From: a virus
IMG/VR virus record: IMGVR_UViG_3300037851_001164
Span: 3,904 to 67,903 of that record
Length of the DNA stretch: 64,000 nt
Direction: 5' to 3' (one strand)
A model generated the notes under the pieces. It was not told the DNA's origin. It did no database searches and saw only the letters and a program-made list of their open reading frames with translations. Position 1 is the stretch's first letter. Each line of letters starts with the position of its first letter. Shown piece by piece: positions 52,014-62,334 of the stretch. The translations under genes were made by a program, and so were the position numbers.

Positions 52014-53999
52014 TCAGGTAACGTAGCGCCCCGGCGGGGTCATGCGCCGCAGGGCCTCGCCCTCGCTCATTTCCGCCCCCTCGTGGTCGAAGCGGAACAG
52101 GTCGTGGTAGGGCAGCCAGCGGCCCACGCCCACGTGGATCTCCGGCCAGTGATCCGCGGACTGGCGCCGCACCAGCGCCCCGTCCAGGTCGAAGTAGCGC
52201 ACGGCCTTGCTCCCGGCGGCAGCCGCCGCCCGCTTTGCACCCTTGCTCTCGCCCATCCCGCCCAGCAGGCGCAGGAACCGCGCCCCGAACGCCTTGGCGA
52301 TGGCCTGGCTCCATGCCTGGGCGTAGATTTCGCGGGCCCGGGCGTTGGCGGCGTCATAGACGGCACGTTCCTCCCGGGTCATGCGCGACTCGTCGCGCCC
52401 CTCGGTCGCCAGCCTGGCGGCGATGCTGCGCGTCTCCTCGTAGAGCTTGTGCGCCACCTCCTTGGCCTTGAGCATGGTCTTGACGTGCAGCTGCAGCTCG
52501 CCGATATGCCCGTTGGGCAGGCGCACGTTCATGAGCACGTCGCGGTAGCCCACGTCCACCGGCTTGACGAAACGGTCCTTGGGCCGCCTGGCAAGCTGCA
52601 GCCCCGCCTGCTTGAGGCGCGCGAGCAGGGGCTTGAGCTCCTTGTAGGTGTCCACCGCCAGGGTGGCACGCACCACGTCGGTGAGCTTCGACCAGTCGCC
52701 CTGGTAGTCGGCCTCGACCTTCTCCTTCGCCCGCTTCTGGCTCTTCAGCGGGGCCAGCAGCAGCACCCCACCCGGTCGGTCCAGGTCCTCGATGGCCGCG
52801 TTGAACTCCTCGAGCGATGTCGGCGAGTAAGTGCGGTAACCCAGCCGATCGGCAATGCCGTTGCCCTCATCCAGCCAGTCACGATAGTGGCGCAACGCCT
52901 CCTCGGCCTGACGGTAGAGCCCGTCGGGGTCCGCCACCGGCTGAGACGCATCCTCTGGCAGCGCGCGCTCACGCTCGTCGAAGAGCGGCTGCACGTCGCC
53001 CGGGCTCTTGGCCCGCTGCGCCTCCTCGTGCAGCTTGCGCACCTCCTCGTGCCAGCGGTCCTGACTGATCTGGCCCGACCCAAGCTGCTGGGTCAGATCC
53101 GCGTAGCGCATGCCCCGCTTCCACTTTTCAGTGCCCGCCAGGCGCCCCAGAACACGCCCGTCGGTGGCCTGGTGGTAGCCGTGGGTGACCGCGTCTTCGA
53201 GCGCCTGGTGCGGCGTGTCGAACATGTCGTGGCCGGAGAAGCCGTGCTCGTCGTAGCGCTGGATGCGGTGCTTGCCGGGCTGGGAGGCGTCCGGGAGGAT
53301 GCGCGCGTAGCGCCCGCCTTCCTTGTGCTCCAGCTCCAGCCCCACCGGATCGCCGCCGTGGCCGTCCAGTAGCTCGTTCACGCGCTCGTCGTGGGCGTGG
53401 GCCTGGGCCAGCAGGTCCGCGAGATACGCTGGCCGCTCCCCGCCCTTGCGATCCACGCGCTCGGCCAGCTCCTGGGCGTGCTTGAGCCGCGCGGTCTGGT
53501 GCGGCTGCGGCCCCTCGGCCCGGGCCACCACGTCCCGGTGCAGCACCCGGTGCTCGCGCCCCTTGGCGTCGCGCACCGTGACGCCGTCCTTGCCGGCGGC
53601 CACCACCTGGCCCTTGCCAGTGCCGTCCTTGCCGCGGAACTTCACCACGTCGCCCTTGCCGGCGGCGGGCCTGCCCGGGGCCCCGCCAGGCTTGGCCCCG
53701 CGTCCGCGCTTGCCCTCTGCGGCATCCTCGGCGGTGCGCATCCAGCGCTTGGTGTGATGTCCGGCACGGTCGGTGAGATCGCGCAGCGCCAGCCCCGGCC
53801 GGTCCTTCACGGGGCCGGCCTTCACCAGCAGCAACGGCCTGGCCAGCGCGGCGCGCACGGCCGCGTCCAGGCCCTCGTCCGCGCCCTCCGGGGCTGTGCC
53901 CGGTCCTGGCCCGGGCGCGGCAGGGCCATACGGCGGCGCCACGTCGTCCGGCGGCGCCTCCAAAGAGAACCACTCCTCGCGCAGCGGATAGGTGTGCAT
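52014..53999 (-). CDS. Polyvalent protein with a RelA/SpoT-like nucleotidyltransferase domain
   Basis: PLKSQKRAKEKV, DVVRAT, KDRF....GYRDVLMNV, GELQLH; N-terminal KOW-like segment. Confidence 0.8.
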   Translation of the reverse strand: MHTYPLREEWFSLEAPPDDVAPPYGPAAPGPGPGTAPEGADEGLDAAVRAALARPLLLVKAGPVKDRPGLALRDLTDRAGHHTKRWMRTAEDAAEGKRGRGAKPGGAPGRPAAGKGDVVKFRGKDGTGKGQVVAAGKDGVTVRDAKGREHRVLHRDVVARAEGPQPHQTARLKHAQELAERVDRKGGERPAYLADLLAQAHAHDERVNELLDGHGGDPVGLELEHKEGGRYARILPDASQPGKHRIQRYDEHGFSGHDMFDTPHQALEDAVTHGYHQATDGRVLGRLAGTEKWKRGMRYADLTQQLGSGQISQDRWHEEVRKLHEEAQRAKSPGDVQPLFDERERALPEDASQPVADPDGLYRQAEEALRHYRDWLDEGNGIADRLGYRTYSPTSLEEFNAAIEDLDRPGGVLLLAPLKSQKRAKEKVEADYQGDWSKLTDVVRATLAVDTYKELKPLLARLKQAGLQLARRPKDRFVKPVDVGYRDVLMNVRLPNGHIGELQLHVKTMLKAKEVAHKLYEETRSIAARLATEGRDESRMTREERAVYDAANARAREIYAQAWSQAIAKAFGARFLRLLGGMGESKGAKRAAAAAGSKAVRYFDLDGALVRRQSADHWPEIHVGVGRWLPYHDLFRFDHEGAEMSEGEALRRMTPPGRYVT

Positions 54000-54688
54000 C
54001 AGATGAGCCCTCGCTCGGCGAACGACACGACATCGAGATTGCGGTCCCCGCCCACGATCAGGTGATCGAGCACGCGCACGTCCACAAAGGCGAGCGAGTC
54101 CTTGAGCCGCCTGGTCAGCTGCTCGTCGGCGCGGCTGGGCGATGCCACCCCGGAGGGATGGTTGTGCACCAGGATCACGGCGGCGGCGTTACGCGCCATC
54201 GCCTCCCGGACCACCTCGCGCGGGTGCACGCTCGCCCCGTCGATGGTCCCGCGGAACATCTCCTGGAAGTCGATCAGGCGATGGCGGTTGTCGAGCCACA
54301 GGCAGGCGAACATCTCGTGTGGGTAGGCCCCGAGCTTCAGCCGCACCAGATCGCGCGCGGCGCCGGGATTCCCCAACTCGTCGCCCGGCACCCGCAGCCT
54401 GGCTTGTAGCTCATTTATCGCTGCCGCGATCAGCGCATCGCCCGTGAGCGCGGGGGCTGGCGCTACATCCGGCGTAGCCACGACCACATCCTGCGTAGCG
54501 GGCTCCTGGGACGGTGCGCGGCGCGGCCGCCTTGGCACCGGCGCCTCGGCTGGCCCGCCGAACAGATCCGGCGTCACCGGATCCTCGGCCTCGTGGCGGC
54601 TATCGACGTAGGGTCGCACCAGCACCGGCCGGCCGGAGGGCAGGCGCCGGGTATGGCCCCGCACCCGGGTCTTCAACAACAGCATCAT
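53999..54688 (-). CDS. radC: RadC-like JAB/MPN domain protein
   Basis: [32 protein letters not shown]...[13 protein letters not shown]. Confidence 0.9.
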   Translation of the reverse strand: MMLLLKTRVRGHTRRLPSGRPVLVRPYVDSRHEAEDPVTPDLFGGPAEAPVPRRPRRAPSQEPATQDVVVATPDVAPAPALTGDALIAAAINELQARLRVPGDELGNPGAARDLVRLKLGAYPHEMFACLWLDNRHRLIDFQEMFRGTIDGASVHPREVVREAMARNAAAVILVHNHPSGVASPSRADEQLTRRLKDSLAFVDVRVLDHLIVGGDRNLDVVSFAERGLI

Positions 54689-57600
54689 CGCTTCACCCTC
54701 CGTCCAGGTCGCAGCACTCCGAATGCCTGCGCATCAACGCCCGCGACATGCACCACGCGCTCGGTGTCGTAGATCACCACGCGGGTTCCGCTGTCGCTGA
54801 TGAAGTCGTGCATGGGCGCGACCTGATCGCGCAGCCGGCGGCTGGCGTCGGCCTTGGTGCCGCCGCGGATTTCCGCGTACAGCTCAGCCGCCACACGGTC
54901 GTTGACGGAGGCACGCCCGCCAGCCAAGAACCTGGCCTCCTCCGGCGACGGCATGCGCCCGAAGCGCAGGCTGTCGATGATCCGCGTCCGCCGCTCCGCG
55001 CTCACCCGCCCGGCATCGGCCTGGACGAGCTTGTCCGTCGCGTCGCGCAGCGCCGCCTCGCGCGACACCAGCCAGTTGCTCACCAGGTCCCACCCGCCGC
55101 TCGCGGCGCTGGGCACCCACGCCGAGAACCTGCCGGCCAGGTGCGCCAGGTGTCCTCGGCCGCTCGCGGCTTTGGCCCGCGCCTCTTCGATGCGGCGGAT
55201 CTCGCGGTCCAGCCGGTTCATTTCGCGAAAGGCGTCCTGCCGCTCCGAAGGCGTCTCGCCAGCATCGAGATCGAACACGTTGTAGGGCCGCCCCTCGGCC
55301 CGCATCGGCTCGAAGGTGGCATCGAAGCGCCGCCGCGCGGCGGCGTGGCGCTCGCGCAGCACCGCCAGATACGGATCGTCCTGGGCCGGCGCGTCCGGGT
55401 ACCGCCCCACCCAGATCCGCGGCCGGCCCGGGACCTCGCCAGGCGCCCACTCGGCAAGCCCCATGGGCGGGGGACGCTCCTCTGGCGGCAGCAGCGCCCC
55501 GAACAGATCCCGCGCGTAAGCCGGGTCCGACTGCGCCCGGTAGGCGACGATCTCCTCCAGGCCGTAGTCATCCGGCAGCTCCAGCCCGGCGCGCCGGGCG
55601 GCGGCCGCGTACACTGCCAGGGTCACGTACTGCCCATCCGCCTCGACCGCCAGGCCGGCGGAGGCCGCCAGTTCCGCCCGGTCGCTGGGCACCATCAGCT
55701 CGATCTCCAGCATGGCGCGCAGCTGTCCCTGTTCATGGGCCTGCGGCAGGGCGCGCAGCAGAGCGCGCAGGCTCTTCGCCTGGTGCCAGGCGATCTCGGA
55801 GACCCCCTCGGCAGGGCGCGCGGTGCGATAGCTGGCGCTGCTGGCGTGGGCGAGGAGCTGCTCGCCATAGGCGATGGCCGCGTCCCGCGCGCGCTCCACC
55901 GCCGCCAGGGCGGCCCCGGGGCGGCGTTCATCGCCCCACAGGTCCAGCCAGGCCAGATGCACCAGCTCGTGGGTGAGCGCCCCGGTGCTCGGGAACCGAT
56001 CCCCCCAGAACTCGATGCGCGTGCCGTTGACGGTGATGGCGGCAGCCTGCCGGTACTGCGCCCGCAGCTCCGGCGGCACCGCCTCCAGGGTCGCACGGTA
56101 GACGAGGGGGAAGTCGGGCTCGCCCTCGCTCAGACCCATGCGCTGCAGTCGCCCGCTCTGCGCGCCGGCCCTGCGCTCCATCCAGGCGCGCACCGGATCC
56201 GGCAGCGCCGGCAGCGCCGCGGCTAGCTGGTCCTGGAAGGCCTCGGGCCAGGCGCCCGCGGCGGCGCGGGCCGCGAGGGCGGCGGCAAGGGCCGGGCCGA
56301 TGGCTCCGGAGCGCGCAAGAGCAGCCCAGCGAGCGGGCTCGCCAGATCCGGCTCCACCCCCAGGGCCCGCATCCGCTCCCGGATCTGGTCGGCCTTTGCC
56401 TGCAATAGCGGGTCGTAGCTCATGCGGTGCGTCCTCCGGGGCTGCGAACAGGTCGAGGGTGCGGTCGTCAGGCCGCGGGCGGCGCGGCACCCGGTTGGTG
56501 TACGGCTGGACCAGCACGGGCCGGCCGCCGGGGCCGCGCCGGCTGTAGCCGCGCACATAGGCGCGCAGCAGCAGGATCGGGCGGGCCTTCAGGATGTGGT
56601 CGAGATCTGGGCGGAAGGTGCCGATGTTGCCGGCAGCGGACTTGATCTGCTCGCGAGCGAAGACGACACACACCTTCTCCGTGTACGGGTCATTGTCTGG
56701 CTGCTTGTACCGGGTCCAGTGCTCGAAATACCCGTCATAACCACGCGCTCTGAGCGCAGTCGGAGAAAGCCGCTGCACCAGCGAATATGGAGCAGGGTTC
56801 TTCAGTAACAGGTAGGCCAGCATGACGTTGCCATGCTCGCCATACTGACTTGCGGTAGTAGGTGCTTCGGTGAAGTACGCTTCGCCACCAGCAATGTTGA
56901 AAGCGGTGAAGTCGTTTGAGGTCCCATGGTACACCACCTGCGGCTCGCCGTTCTCGTCCAGGACCTTCGACACCCCCTCGCCCTTGACCGCGGCGACCAG
57001 ACGGGCCATCCTGTCATCGAAGCCCACGGGCGGGTGTGGAAGTCGGGCCTGGTCCACCAGGACAGTCGAGTCCCCCCTATCGACGTGGGCTTCATCTATT
57101 TCCACGGCTGCCACGGTGTAGATGCGGCTGCCTTGGTCGACGCGCTCCATCTCCTTCACCAGCAGCTTCGCCCGCAGGACCCTGCCACCGAACGGCATGG
57201 GCGCGTCGAAGTGGTGCCAGGCAGTGATACCGGCGGCCCCATCGGCATCCGGCCGGCTCATCCGCAGGGTGGACACCTCGAACAGCCGGTCCAGGTTCGC
57301 GACAGCCATCATGTGCGCCTGCGGGGAAATGGAGCTTGCCGCAGCGCTGCCGCTCGTCATCTTCCCGAGCGTCACCCCGGAGACGGTCGCAACGTGCCCC
57401 GTCTCGGCGTTGACCAGTGGCCGGTTCAGGAACGCCTGAGCCGCCTTGCGCGCCTGGTCCGAGCCGGTGATGTCGCGCATCCGTGATGGCAGCGTGGCCG
57501 CTCGCCAATCGCCAAACCACCGCTTGAAGTTGGGCGTCCGCACCAGCACCCATTGCCGCTCGGTGAGCCGGGTCGGCTGGCCGTTGGGCGCCTTCATCCA

Positions 57601-59535
57601 GGCCGGAGTGCCCCGGTAGCGGGCCTCGACTTCCCGGTACTGGCGCACCGCCTCGGTGATCTCCCGGGCCGACACCTCACCGTCCCCGGCATAGGTCGCC
57701 AGCAGCCCGACCAGTAGCGGATCCTGTCCGGGAGCGGACTCCTCGGCGGTCCGAGTCCACCGCCGGGCCCGACGCCCGCGCTTGTCGGTCAGCTCGCGCA
57801 GGGATAACCCGGGGCGACCCTTGAGGGGACCGGCCTTGGCGAGCAGGAGCACCGCCTTGGCCAGCACCGGCCGGCCGCCGGGGCCGCGGCGGGTGTGGCC
57901 GCGCACGTGGGCGCGCAGGAGCAGGAGCGGGCGGGCCTTCAGAATGTGGTCTAGGTCCGGGCGAAACGTGCCGATGTTGCCGGTGGCGGACTTGGCCGCC
58001 TTTCCAGAAAAGGCGATGTACCACGACTCTTCGCTCGACTTGCTGCGGTCCCCGTAGAGGATGCCATCCGCGCCTCCCTGAATCGCCTTGTGCCGCAGCG
58101 CATCGGTCGCCGCGGGGCCGCTGTAATGGGCGGCAGCCATCTCTGTGTGCGTGGCCACGTAGGGGCTCCTGATAGCCAGAAACACCGCCTGGATATTTGC
58201 CCCCACGGGATACCATGCCGAGTCCGCTCCCTGGTCATAGCGAGCAACGGCACCCGCCCACACGCTGGCCCCGTGCACGCGCTCGCTCTCAACCCCCCGC
58301 TCACGGCCATGATGGGTGGTGAAGAAGTGCCCGAGCCTCGCGGACGCCGCCTTCGTCTGCCGCCCCAGGAACGCATCGTCGAACCGAGACAGGTCCGCCT
58401 CTGTCCCGTGGTACACCACCAGCGGCTCGCCGTTCTCGTCGAGGACCTTGGACACGGCGCCCGAGTTGACCGAGCGCCACCAGGTGGCTAGTCTGTTCTT
58501 GGAAAGCCCCTCGGCGTCTTCCCCCGGCTTTGGTTGCCGGTCAGGTTGACGAGCACCGACAGGGGCTTTCGTCTCGTCAAGGGCCTCGACAGAGGTCGCA
58601 TCGTTGTCGTAGTACACGTTTCCGTCTACATCTTCCCTTAGCACCAGACGTACATAGGCTTGCTGGCCGTCGAAGTCAGCGCGCACACCGTAATGGTGGT
58701 ACGCTCGGATATTCGGCTTCCTTGGGTTGGCTGCGGGATCGGACCAAAGAGGCAGTGCCAGCGGAAGCAAATCAGCAAGCTGCGGCACTACCCGCAACAC
58801 TCGGCGGTCTGCAGCATGATGGGCGGTCTCCTTGAACGAAGAGACTGGGAATGAGACCTCCCGCCCATCTCGGGTAGTCGCCTTCGGTAACCGGGAATAA
58901 GCTTGCCGTGCCAACTCTCTGGCCTGCCGAACATCTGATGCGGCGGCGATAGCTTTGTCCGTAATGGCCACAGCCGGCATGGTTTGAAGCACCGTGCGAC
59001 GCCCCAAGCTCTCCCAATCCCCAAACCACCGCATGAAGTTGGGGGTCCGCACCAGCACCCACTGGCGCTCGGTAAGCCTAGTCGGCTGCCCGTTCAGGGC
59101 CTTCATCCACGCCGGAGTGCCGCGGTAGCGAGCTTCGACCTCCCGGTACTGGCGCACCGCCTCGACGATCTCCTGGGCCGACACCTCACCGTCGCCGGCA
59201 TAGGTCGCCAGCAACCCGGCCAGCAGCGGGTCCTGTCCAGATACAGACTCCCCGGCGGTCCGAGTCCATCGCCTGGTCCTGTGCCCCCTCTTATCGGTCA
59301 GCTCGCGCAGGGAGAGCCCAGGGCGACCTTTGAGGGGACCGGCCTTCACCAGCAACATGAGTCCCTTGCCCAGCCGCCGGCTCTTGCCCGCGGCGCGAAT
59401 GCAGGCATGCACCGCGTCGGCCTCGGTCCCGCCCCGGGCCAGCACGGCATTGGCGGCCACCGTGCACCTGCGCCGGGCACCAGCATCCCAGCCCCGGGCC
59501 GGCGGCGGCACGTGCTCGGGGTAACTCCAGGGCAT
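54685..59535 (-). CDS. Polyvalent polyprotein (1616 aa): ChaB-like N-terminus, two LPD23-LPD3-ART modules, C-terminal unknown domain
   Basis: Two copies each of [31 protein letters not shown] and [15 protein letters not shown]; start MPWSYP at 59535. Confidence 0.75.
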   Translation of the reverse strand: MPWSYPEHVPPPARGWDAGARRRCTVAANAVLARGGTEADAVHACIRAAGKSRRLGKGLMLLVKAGPLKGRPGLSLRELTDKRGHRTRRWTRTAGESVSGQDPLLAGLLATYAGDGEVSAQEIVEAVRQYREVEARYRGTPAWMKALNGQPTRLTERQWVLVRTPNFMRWFGDWESLGRRTVLQTMPAVAITDKAIAAASDVRQARELARQAYSRLPKATTRDGREVSFPVSSFKETAHHAADRRVLRVVPQLADLLPLALPLWSDPAANPRKPNIRAYHHYGVRADFDGQQAYVRLVLREDVDGNVYYDNDATSVEALDETKAPVGARQPDRQPKPGEDAEGLSKNRLATWWRSVNSGAVSKVLDENGEPLVVYHGTEADLSRFDDAFLGRQTKAASARLGHFFTTHHGRERGVESERVHGASVWAGAVARYDQGADSAWYPVGANIQAVFLAIRSPYVATHTEMAAAHYSGPAATDALRHKAIQGGADGILYGDRSKSSEESWYIAFSGKAAKSATGNIGTFRPDLDHILKARPLLLLRAHVRGHTRRGPGGRPVLAKAVLLLAKAGPLKGRPGLSLRELTDKRGRRARRWTRTAEESAPGQDPLLVGLLATYAGDGEVSAREITEAVRQYREVEARYRGTPAWMKAPNGQPTRLTERQWVLVRTPNFKRWFGDWRAATLPSRMRDITGSDQARKAAQAFLNRPLVNAETGHVATVSGVTLGKMTSGSAAASSISPQAHMMAVANLDRLFEVSTLRMSRPDADGAAGITAWHHFDAPMPFGGRVLRAKLLVKEMERVDQGSRIYTVAAVEIDEAHVDRGDSTVLVDQARLPHPPVGFDDRMARLVAAVKGEGVSKVLDENGEPQVVYHGTSNDFTAFNIAGGEAYFTEAPTTASQYGEHGNVMLAYLLLKNPAPYSLVQRLSPTALRARGYDGYFEHWTRYKQPDNDPYTEKVCVVFAREQIKSAAGNIGTFRPDLDHILKARPILLLRAYVRGYSRRGPGGRPVLVQPYTNRVPRRPRPDDRTLDLFAAPEDAPHELRPAIAGKGRPDPGADAGPGGGAGSGEPARWAALARSGAIGPALAAALAARAAAGAWPEAFQDQLAAALPALPDPVRAWMERRAGAQSGRLQRMGLSEGEPDFPLVYRATLEAVPPELRAQYRQAAAITVNGTRIEFWGDRFPSTGALTHELVHLAWLDLWGDERRPGAALAAVERARDAAIAYGEQLLAHASSASYRTARPAEGVSEIAWHQAKSLRALLRALPQAHEQGQLRAMLEIELMVPSDRAELAASAGLAVEADGQYVTLAVYAAAARRAGLELPDDYGLEEIVAYRAQSDPAYARDLFGALLPPEERPPPMGLAEWAPGEVPGRPRIWVGRYPDAPAQDDPYLAVLRERHAAARRRFDATFEPMRAEGRPYNVFDLDAGETPSERQDAFREMNRLDREIRRIEEARAKAASGRGHLAHLAGRFSAWVPSAASGGWDLVSNWLVSREAALRDATDKLVQADAGRVSAERRTRIIDSLRFGRMPSPEEARFLAGGRASVNDRVAAELYAEIRGGTKADASRRLRDQVAPMHDFISDSGTRVVIYDTERVVHVAGVDAQAFGVLRPGRRVKR
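56514..57995. repeat. Direct repeat pair 56514-56645 / 57858-57995 ([36 protein letters not shown])
   Basis: Near-identical DNA. Confidence 0.8.
57505..59346. repeat. Direct repeat pair of about 333 bp (57505-57837 / 59014-59346) inside the polyprotein gene
   Basis: Near-identical DNA encoding [21 protein letters not shown]...RWFGDW. Confidence 0.85.
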
Positions 59536-60740
59536 CAGCCGATCTCCCCGGCCAGCAGCTCGTCGAGCCAGCGATCGAACTCGGTGGGCACCCCGGGCAC
59601 GGCCTGCGGCAAGGCAAGCCACCGGCCCCGGCAATTCGGATGCACCACGCCCGCCGGCACCCACCAGCGCTCCTCGGGAGCGCGCTCGACCAGCGTGTTG
59701 CCCACGCGCTTGCGCGGGCTCGCCGAGCGCCCGACGTTGCTCTTTCCCGCCCACACCTGGGTCGCACCGTTTTTGTCCTGGGCGCTGGGGCTGACCACCT
59801 CGAAGACCAACCCGTGGATAGCGCGGCAGAAGGCGCAGGCCCCGCTGTAGGCCTCCACACGCTTCAGGCGCGCCCCGGGGGCGTGGGCGGCCACCAGCCC
59901 CTCGTTGGCGGCGCGCCCGGTCTCGGTGATGGCGATGCGCCGCCAGTCGCGGTTGAGCTCGGCGAAGCCCTCGACCAGCCGCTGGCGCAGCGCCGTCCAG
60001 GTGCCCGCCGGCATGCCGAGCACCATGGCCTCCTGGTGCTCGATGACCGCCAGCGCGATGCGATGGCGGGCCGCCGCCCGCAGATCGGTGATGAGCTCCG
60101 CGGCACGGGCCCGGGCGAAGTCGATCACCGCCGCCTCGATGCCAGTCAGCCCCGGCGGCAGATCGTCACGCGCCACCGGCAGCAGGGCCGTGATGGCGGC
60201 CGGGGCCCAGGTACCCCGCTCGCGCCCGGCCATGGCCGCCTGCACCTTGCCGGCCAGGGCCGCGCGCACCGCCAGGTAGTCGGCCTCGGTGCGAATCACG
60301 TCATCCGGCAGATAGGCCTGCACGACCCACTCGGCGAGCAGCAGCCAGTCCTCGAGCGTGTAGCGCTCGACCGGCAGCCCGGCCAGGCGATCGCCCACCG
60401 CCGAGAGCCATTCGTGGCCGCGGCGGGTCCAGGCAGCCGGAGCGGCCTTGCCCAGCTCGTCCCCGGCGGCCATGTCCAACACCCGCAGCAGGCGCTCGAG
60501 CATCCTCTGCAGGCGCGAGCCGAGGGCATGCGCGACCTGCTCCACGTGCCGCACGATCCACGGGTTGTCGTGCGGGGCGTCGAGCCCGGCGCCGTCAGGC
60601 GGATCGGCCAGGGCCTTGTACAGGTGCTCGAGGGCGTGGTCAGTGCAGCCACAGGAGACCTCGCCCAGATCGAGCAGCAGGCGGCCATCCGGACCGCCTG
60701 CGGCAGGCTGGACATCGCCAGCAGCGTGCGTCAGGGACAC
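59535..60740 (-). CDS. Minor head protein, Mu gpF/SPP1 gp7-like
   Basis: DWRRIAITETGRA, ACAFC, HPNCRGRW. Confidence 0.8.
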   Translation of the reverse strand: MSLTHAAGDVQPAAGGPDGRLLLDLGEVSCGCTDHALEHLYKALADPPDGAGLDAPHDNPWIVRHVEQVAHALGSRLQRMLERLLRVLDMAAGDELGKAAPAAWTRRGHEWLSAVGDRLAGLPVERYTLEDWLLLAEWVVQAYLPDDVIRTEADYLAVRAALAGKVQAAMAGRERGTWAPAAITALLPVARDDLPPGLTGIEAAVIDFARARAAELITDLRAAARHRIALAVIEHQEAMVLGMPAGTWTALRQRLVEGFAELNRDWRRIAITETGRAANEGLVAAHAPGARLKRVEAYSGACAFCRAIHGLVFEVVSPSAQDKNGATQVWAGKSNVGRSASPRKRVGNTLVERAPEERWWVPAGVVHPNCRGRWLALPQAVPGVPTEFDRWLDELLAGEIG

Positions 60741-60744
60741 GGGC

Positions 60745-61239
60745 TCACAGCCACCCGGTGGACCAGTCGTAGGCCAGCGCCGCCTCGAAGCTCTGCGCCG
60801 CCGTCACCGCGTCCTTGTGTCGCCCGGCCACGCCGGCGATGGCCGCCTCGCGGTCGGCCAGCGCGCGGTAGGCGGCGAGCACACGCGCCACCAAAGCGGC
60901 GAGCCCGATGTTGCGCGCCACGGCCTCGGCGGCGAGCAGCGGGGCCTGCGCCGGACCCGGGTTGGCCTGGTAGGCCAGGGCCTCGGCACGCTTGACCGCC
61001 CAGAACGCCATCTCGGCCGGGGTCACCCCGCGCACACCGGCCTCGCGCCGCTCGGCCGCGCGCGCGTCGATGGCGGCGTGGATCTCGGCGCGGCAGTCAG
61101 CGAGCGTGTAGCCGTCGATGATGGCCTGCACCGCCACCTCGTCGGAGGCGATCCAGGCGCCGTTCTCCTGGCGCAGCCAGTGCCCTGCCTCGGCGATGCG
61201 CGCGTGCAGTCCCGGCCCCTTCTCGGTGTACTCGATCAT
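60745..61239 (-). CDS. Fibre-associated chaperone-like protein, copy B2
   Basis: 164 aa; paralogue of 61253-61747; ends AALAYDWSTGWL. Confidence 0.7.
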   Translation of the reverse strand: MIEYTEKGPGLHARIAEAGHWLRQENGAWIASDEVAVQAIIDGYTLADCRAEIHAAIDARAAERREAGVRGVTPAEMAFWAVKRAEALAYQANPGPAQAPLLAAEAVARNIGLAALVARVLAAYRALADREAAIAGVAGRHKDAVTAAQSFEAALAYDWSTGWL

Positions 61240-61252
61240 GATTTGCTCTCCT

Positions 61253-61747
61253 CTATGGCCAGCCGGTGGACCAGTCGTAGGCCAGCGCCGCCTCAAAGCT
61301 CTGGGTGGCGCGCACCGCGTCTTTGTGACGGCCGGCCACACCGGCGATGGTGGCCTCCAGGGTGGCGAGAGCCTGGGCGGCGGCCAGCACCCGCGCCACC
61401 ACCGCGTCGAGGGGCACACCACGCGCGGCCGCCTCCACCGCCAGCACCGGCGCCGCCCCCGCCATCGGATCTGCAGCATGCGCCAGGGCCTCGGCGCGCT
61501 TGACCGGCCAGCTCGCCATCTCCGACGCCGAGACCCCGGCGGTGGCCGCATCCCGGCGCGCCGCGGCGTGCGCGTCGATGGCCGCGCAGATCTCCGCCTG
61601 GCAGGCGGCGAGCGGGTAGCCGTCGATGATGGCCTGCACCGCGGCGTCGTCGGAGGAGATCCACACGCCGTCCTCCTCACGCAGCCAGTGCCCGGCGGCG
61701 GCAATCGCGCCATGCAGGCCGCCACCCTTCTCGCGATACGTGATCAT
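61253..61747 (-). CDS. Fibre-associated chaperone-like protein, copy B1
   Basis: 164 aa; ends AALAYDWSTGWP. Confidence 0.7.
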   Translation of the reverse strand: MITYREKGGGLHGAIAAAGHWLREEDGVWISSDDAAVQAIIDGYPLAACQAEICAAIDAHAAARRDAATAGVSASEMASWPVKRAEALAHAADPMAGAAPVLAVEAAARGVPLDAVVARVLAAAQALATLEATIAGVAGRHKDAVRATQSFEAALAYDWSTGWP

Positions 61748-62334
61748 GCGGAGCGTCTCCAGAACACCATGGGCGTGGCGACCGTGCGCCGGCCGCCGCC
61801 GGACGGAAAGGTGGATGGCAGGGCGCCATAGGTCTGCGCCACGGTCAGCGCGGTGGCCCCGGTGGCGGGCAGCGTGGAGTCGGTGCCGAGAATGGGCGCC
61901 GTCCACACGTTGTTGGACCCGCGAAACGTAGGCGTACCGGAGGACAGCAGCGCGAGCCAGTAGAGCCGGCCGCCGGCCAAGGCCTGACTGATGGTGAGCG
62001 ACTTGACCCCGGTGGTGCCGGTGTCGACCGCGCCGGCATCGAGCACCAGGGCGGACGGATACCAGGCGGCGAGGCTCGTGGCCGCATAGATCCCGATCCT
62101 GGTATTGGTACTGGATGCCGCGGTGGTCACGTTGATCGCCAGCCGGTCCAGCGTCATCGCCTCGGCCACCCACAGCGGCAGCGCGAACAGGGTGTTCGCC
62201 ACCATGGCCCCGGTGGAGGTCGCGAGCCCGCCGGTGATCACCCCGGCGTTGTACCAGCACTCCAGCGGGCTGGTGCCGGCCTGGTGCACCCCAGCCATGG
62301 ACAACCGTCCGATCAGTGGCGCCAGGATGTCCAT
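61744..62334 (-). CDS. Beta-rich virion decoration/fibre-like protein, copy A2
   Basis: 196 aa; paralogue of 62334-62933. Confidence 0.65.
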   Translation of the reverse strand: MDILAPLIGRLSMAGVHQAGTSPLECWYNAGVITGGLATSTGAMVANTLFALPLWVAEAMTLDRLAINVTTAASSTNTRIGIYAATSLAAWYPSALVLDAGAVDTGTTGVKSLTISQALAGGRLYWLALLSSGTPTFRGSNNVWTAPILGTDSTLPATGATALTVAQTYGALPSTFPSGGGRRTVATPMVFWRRSA

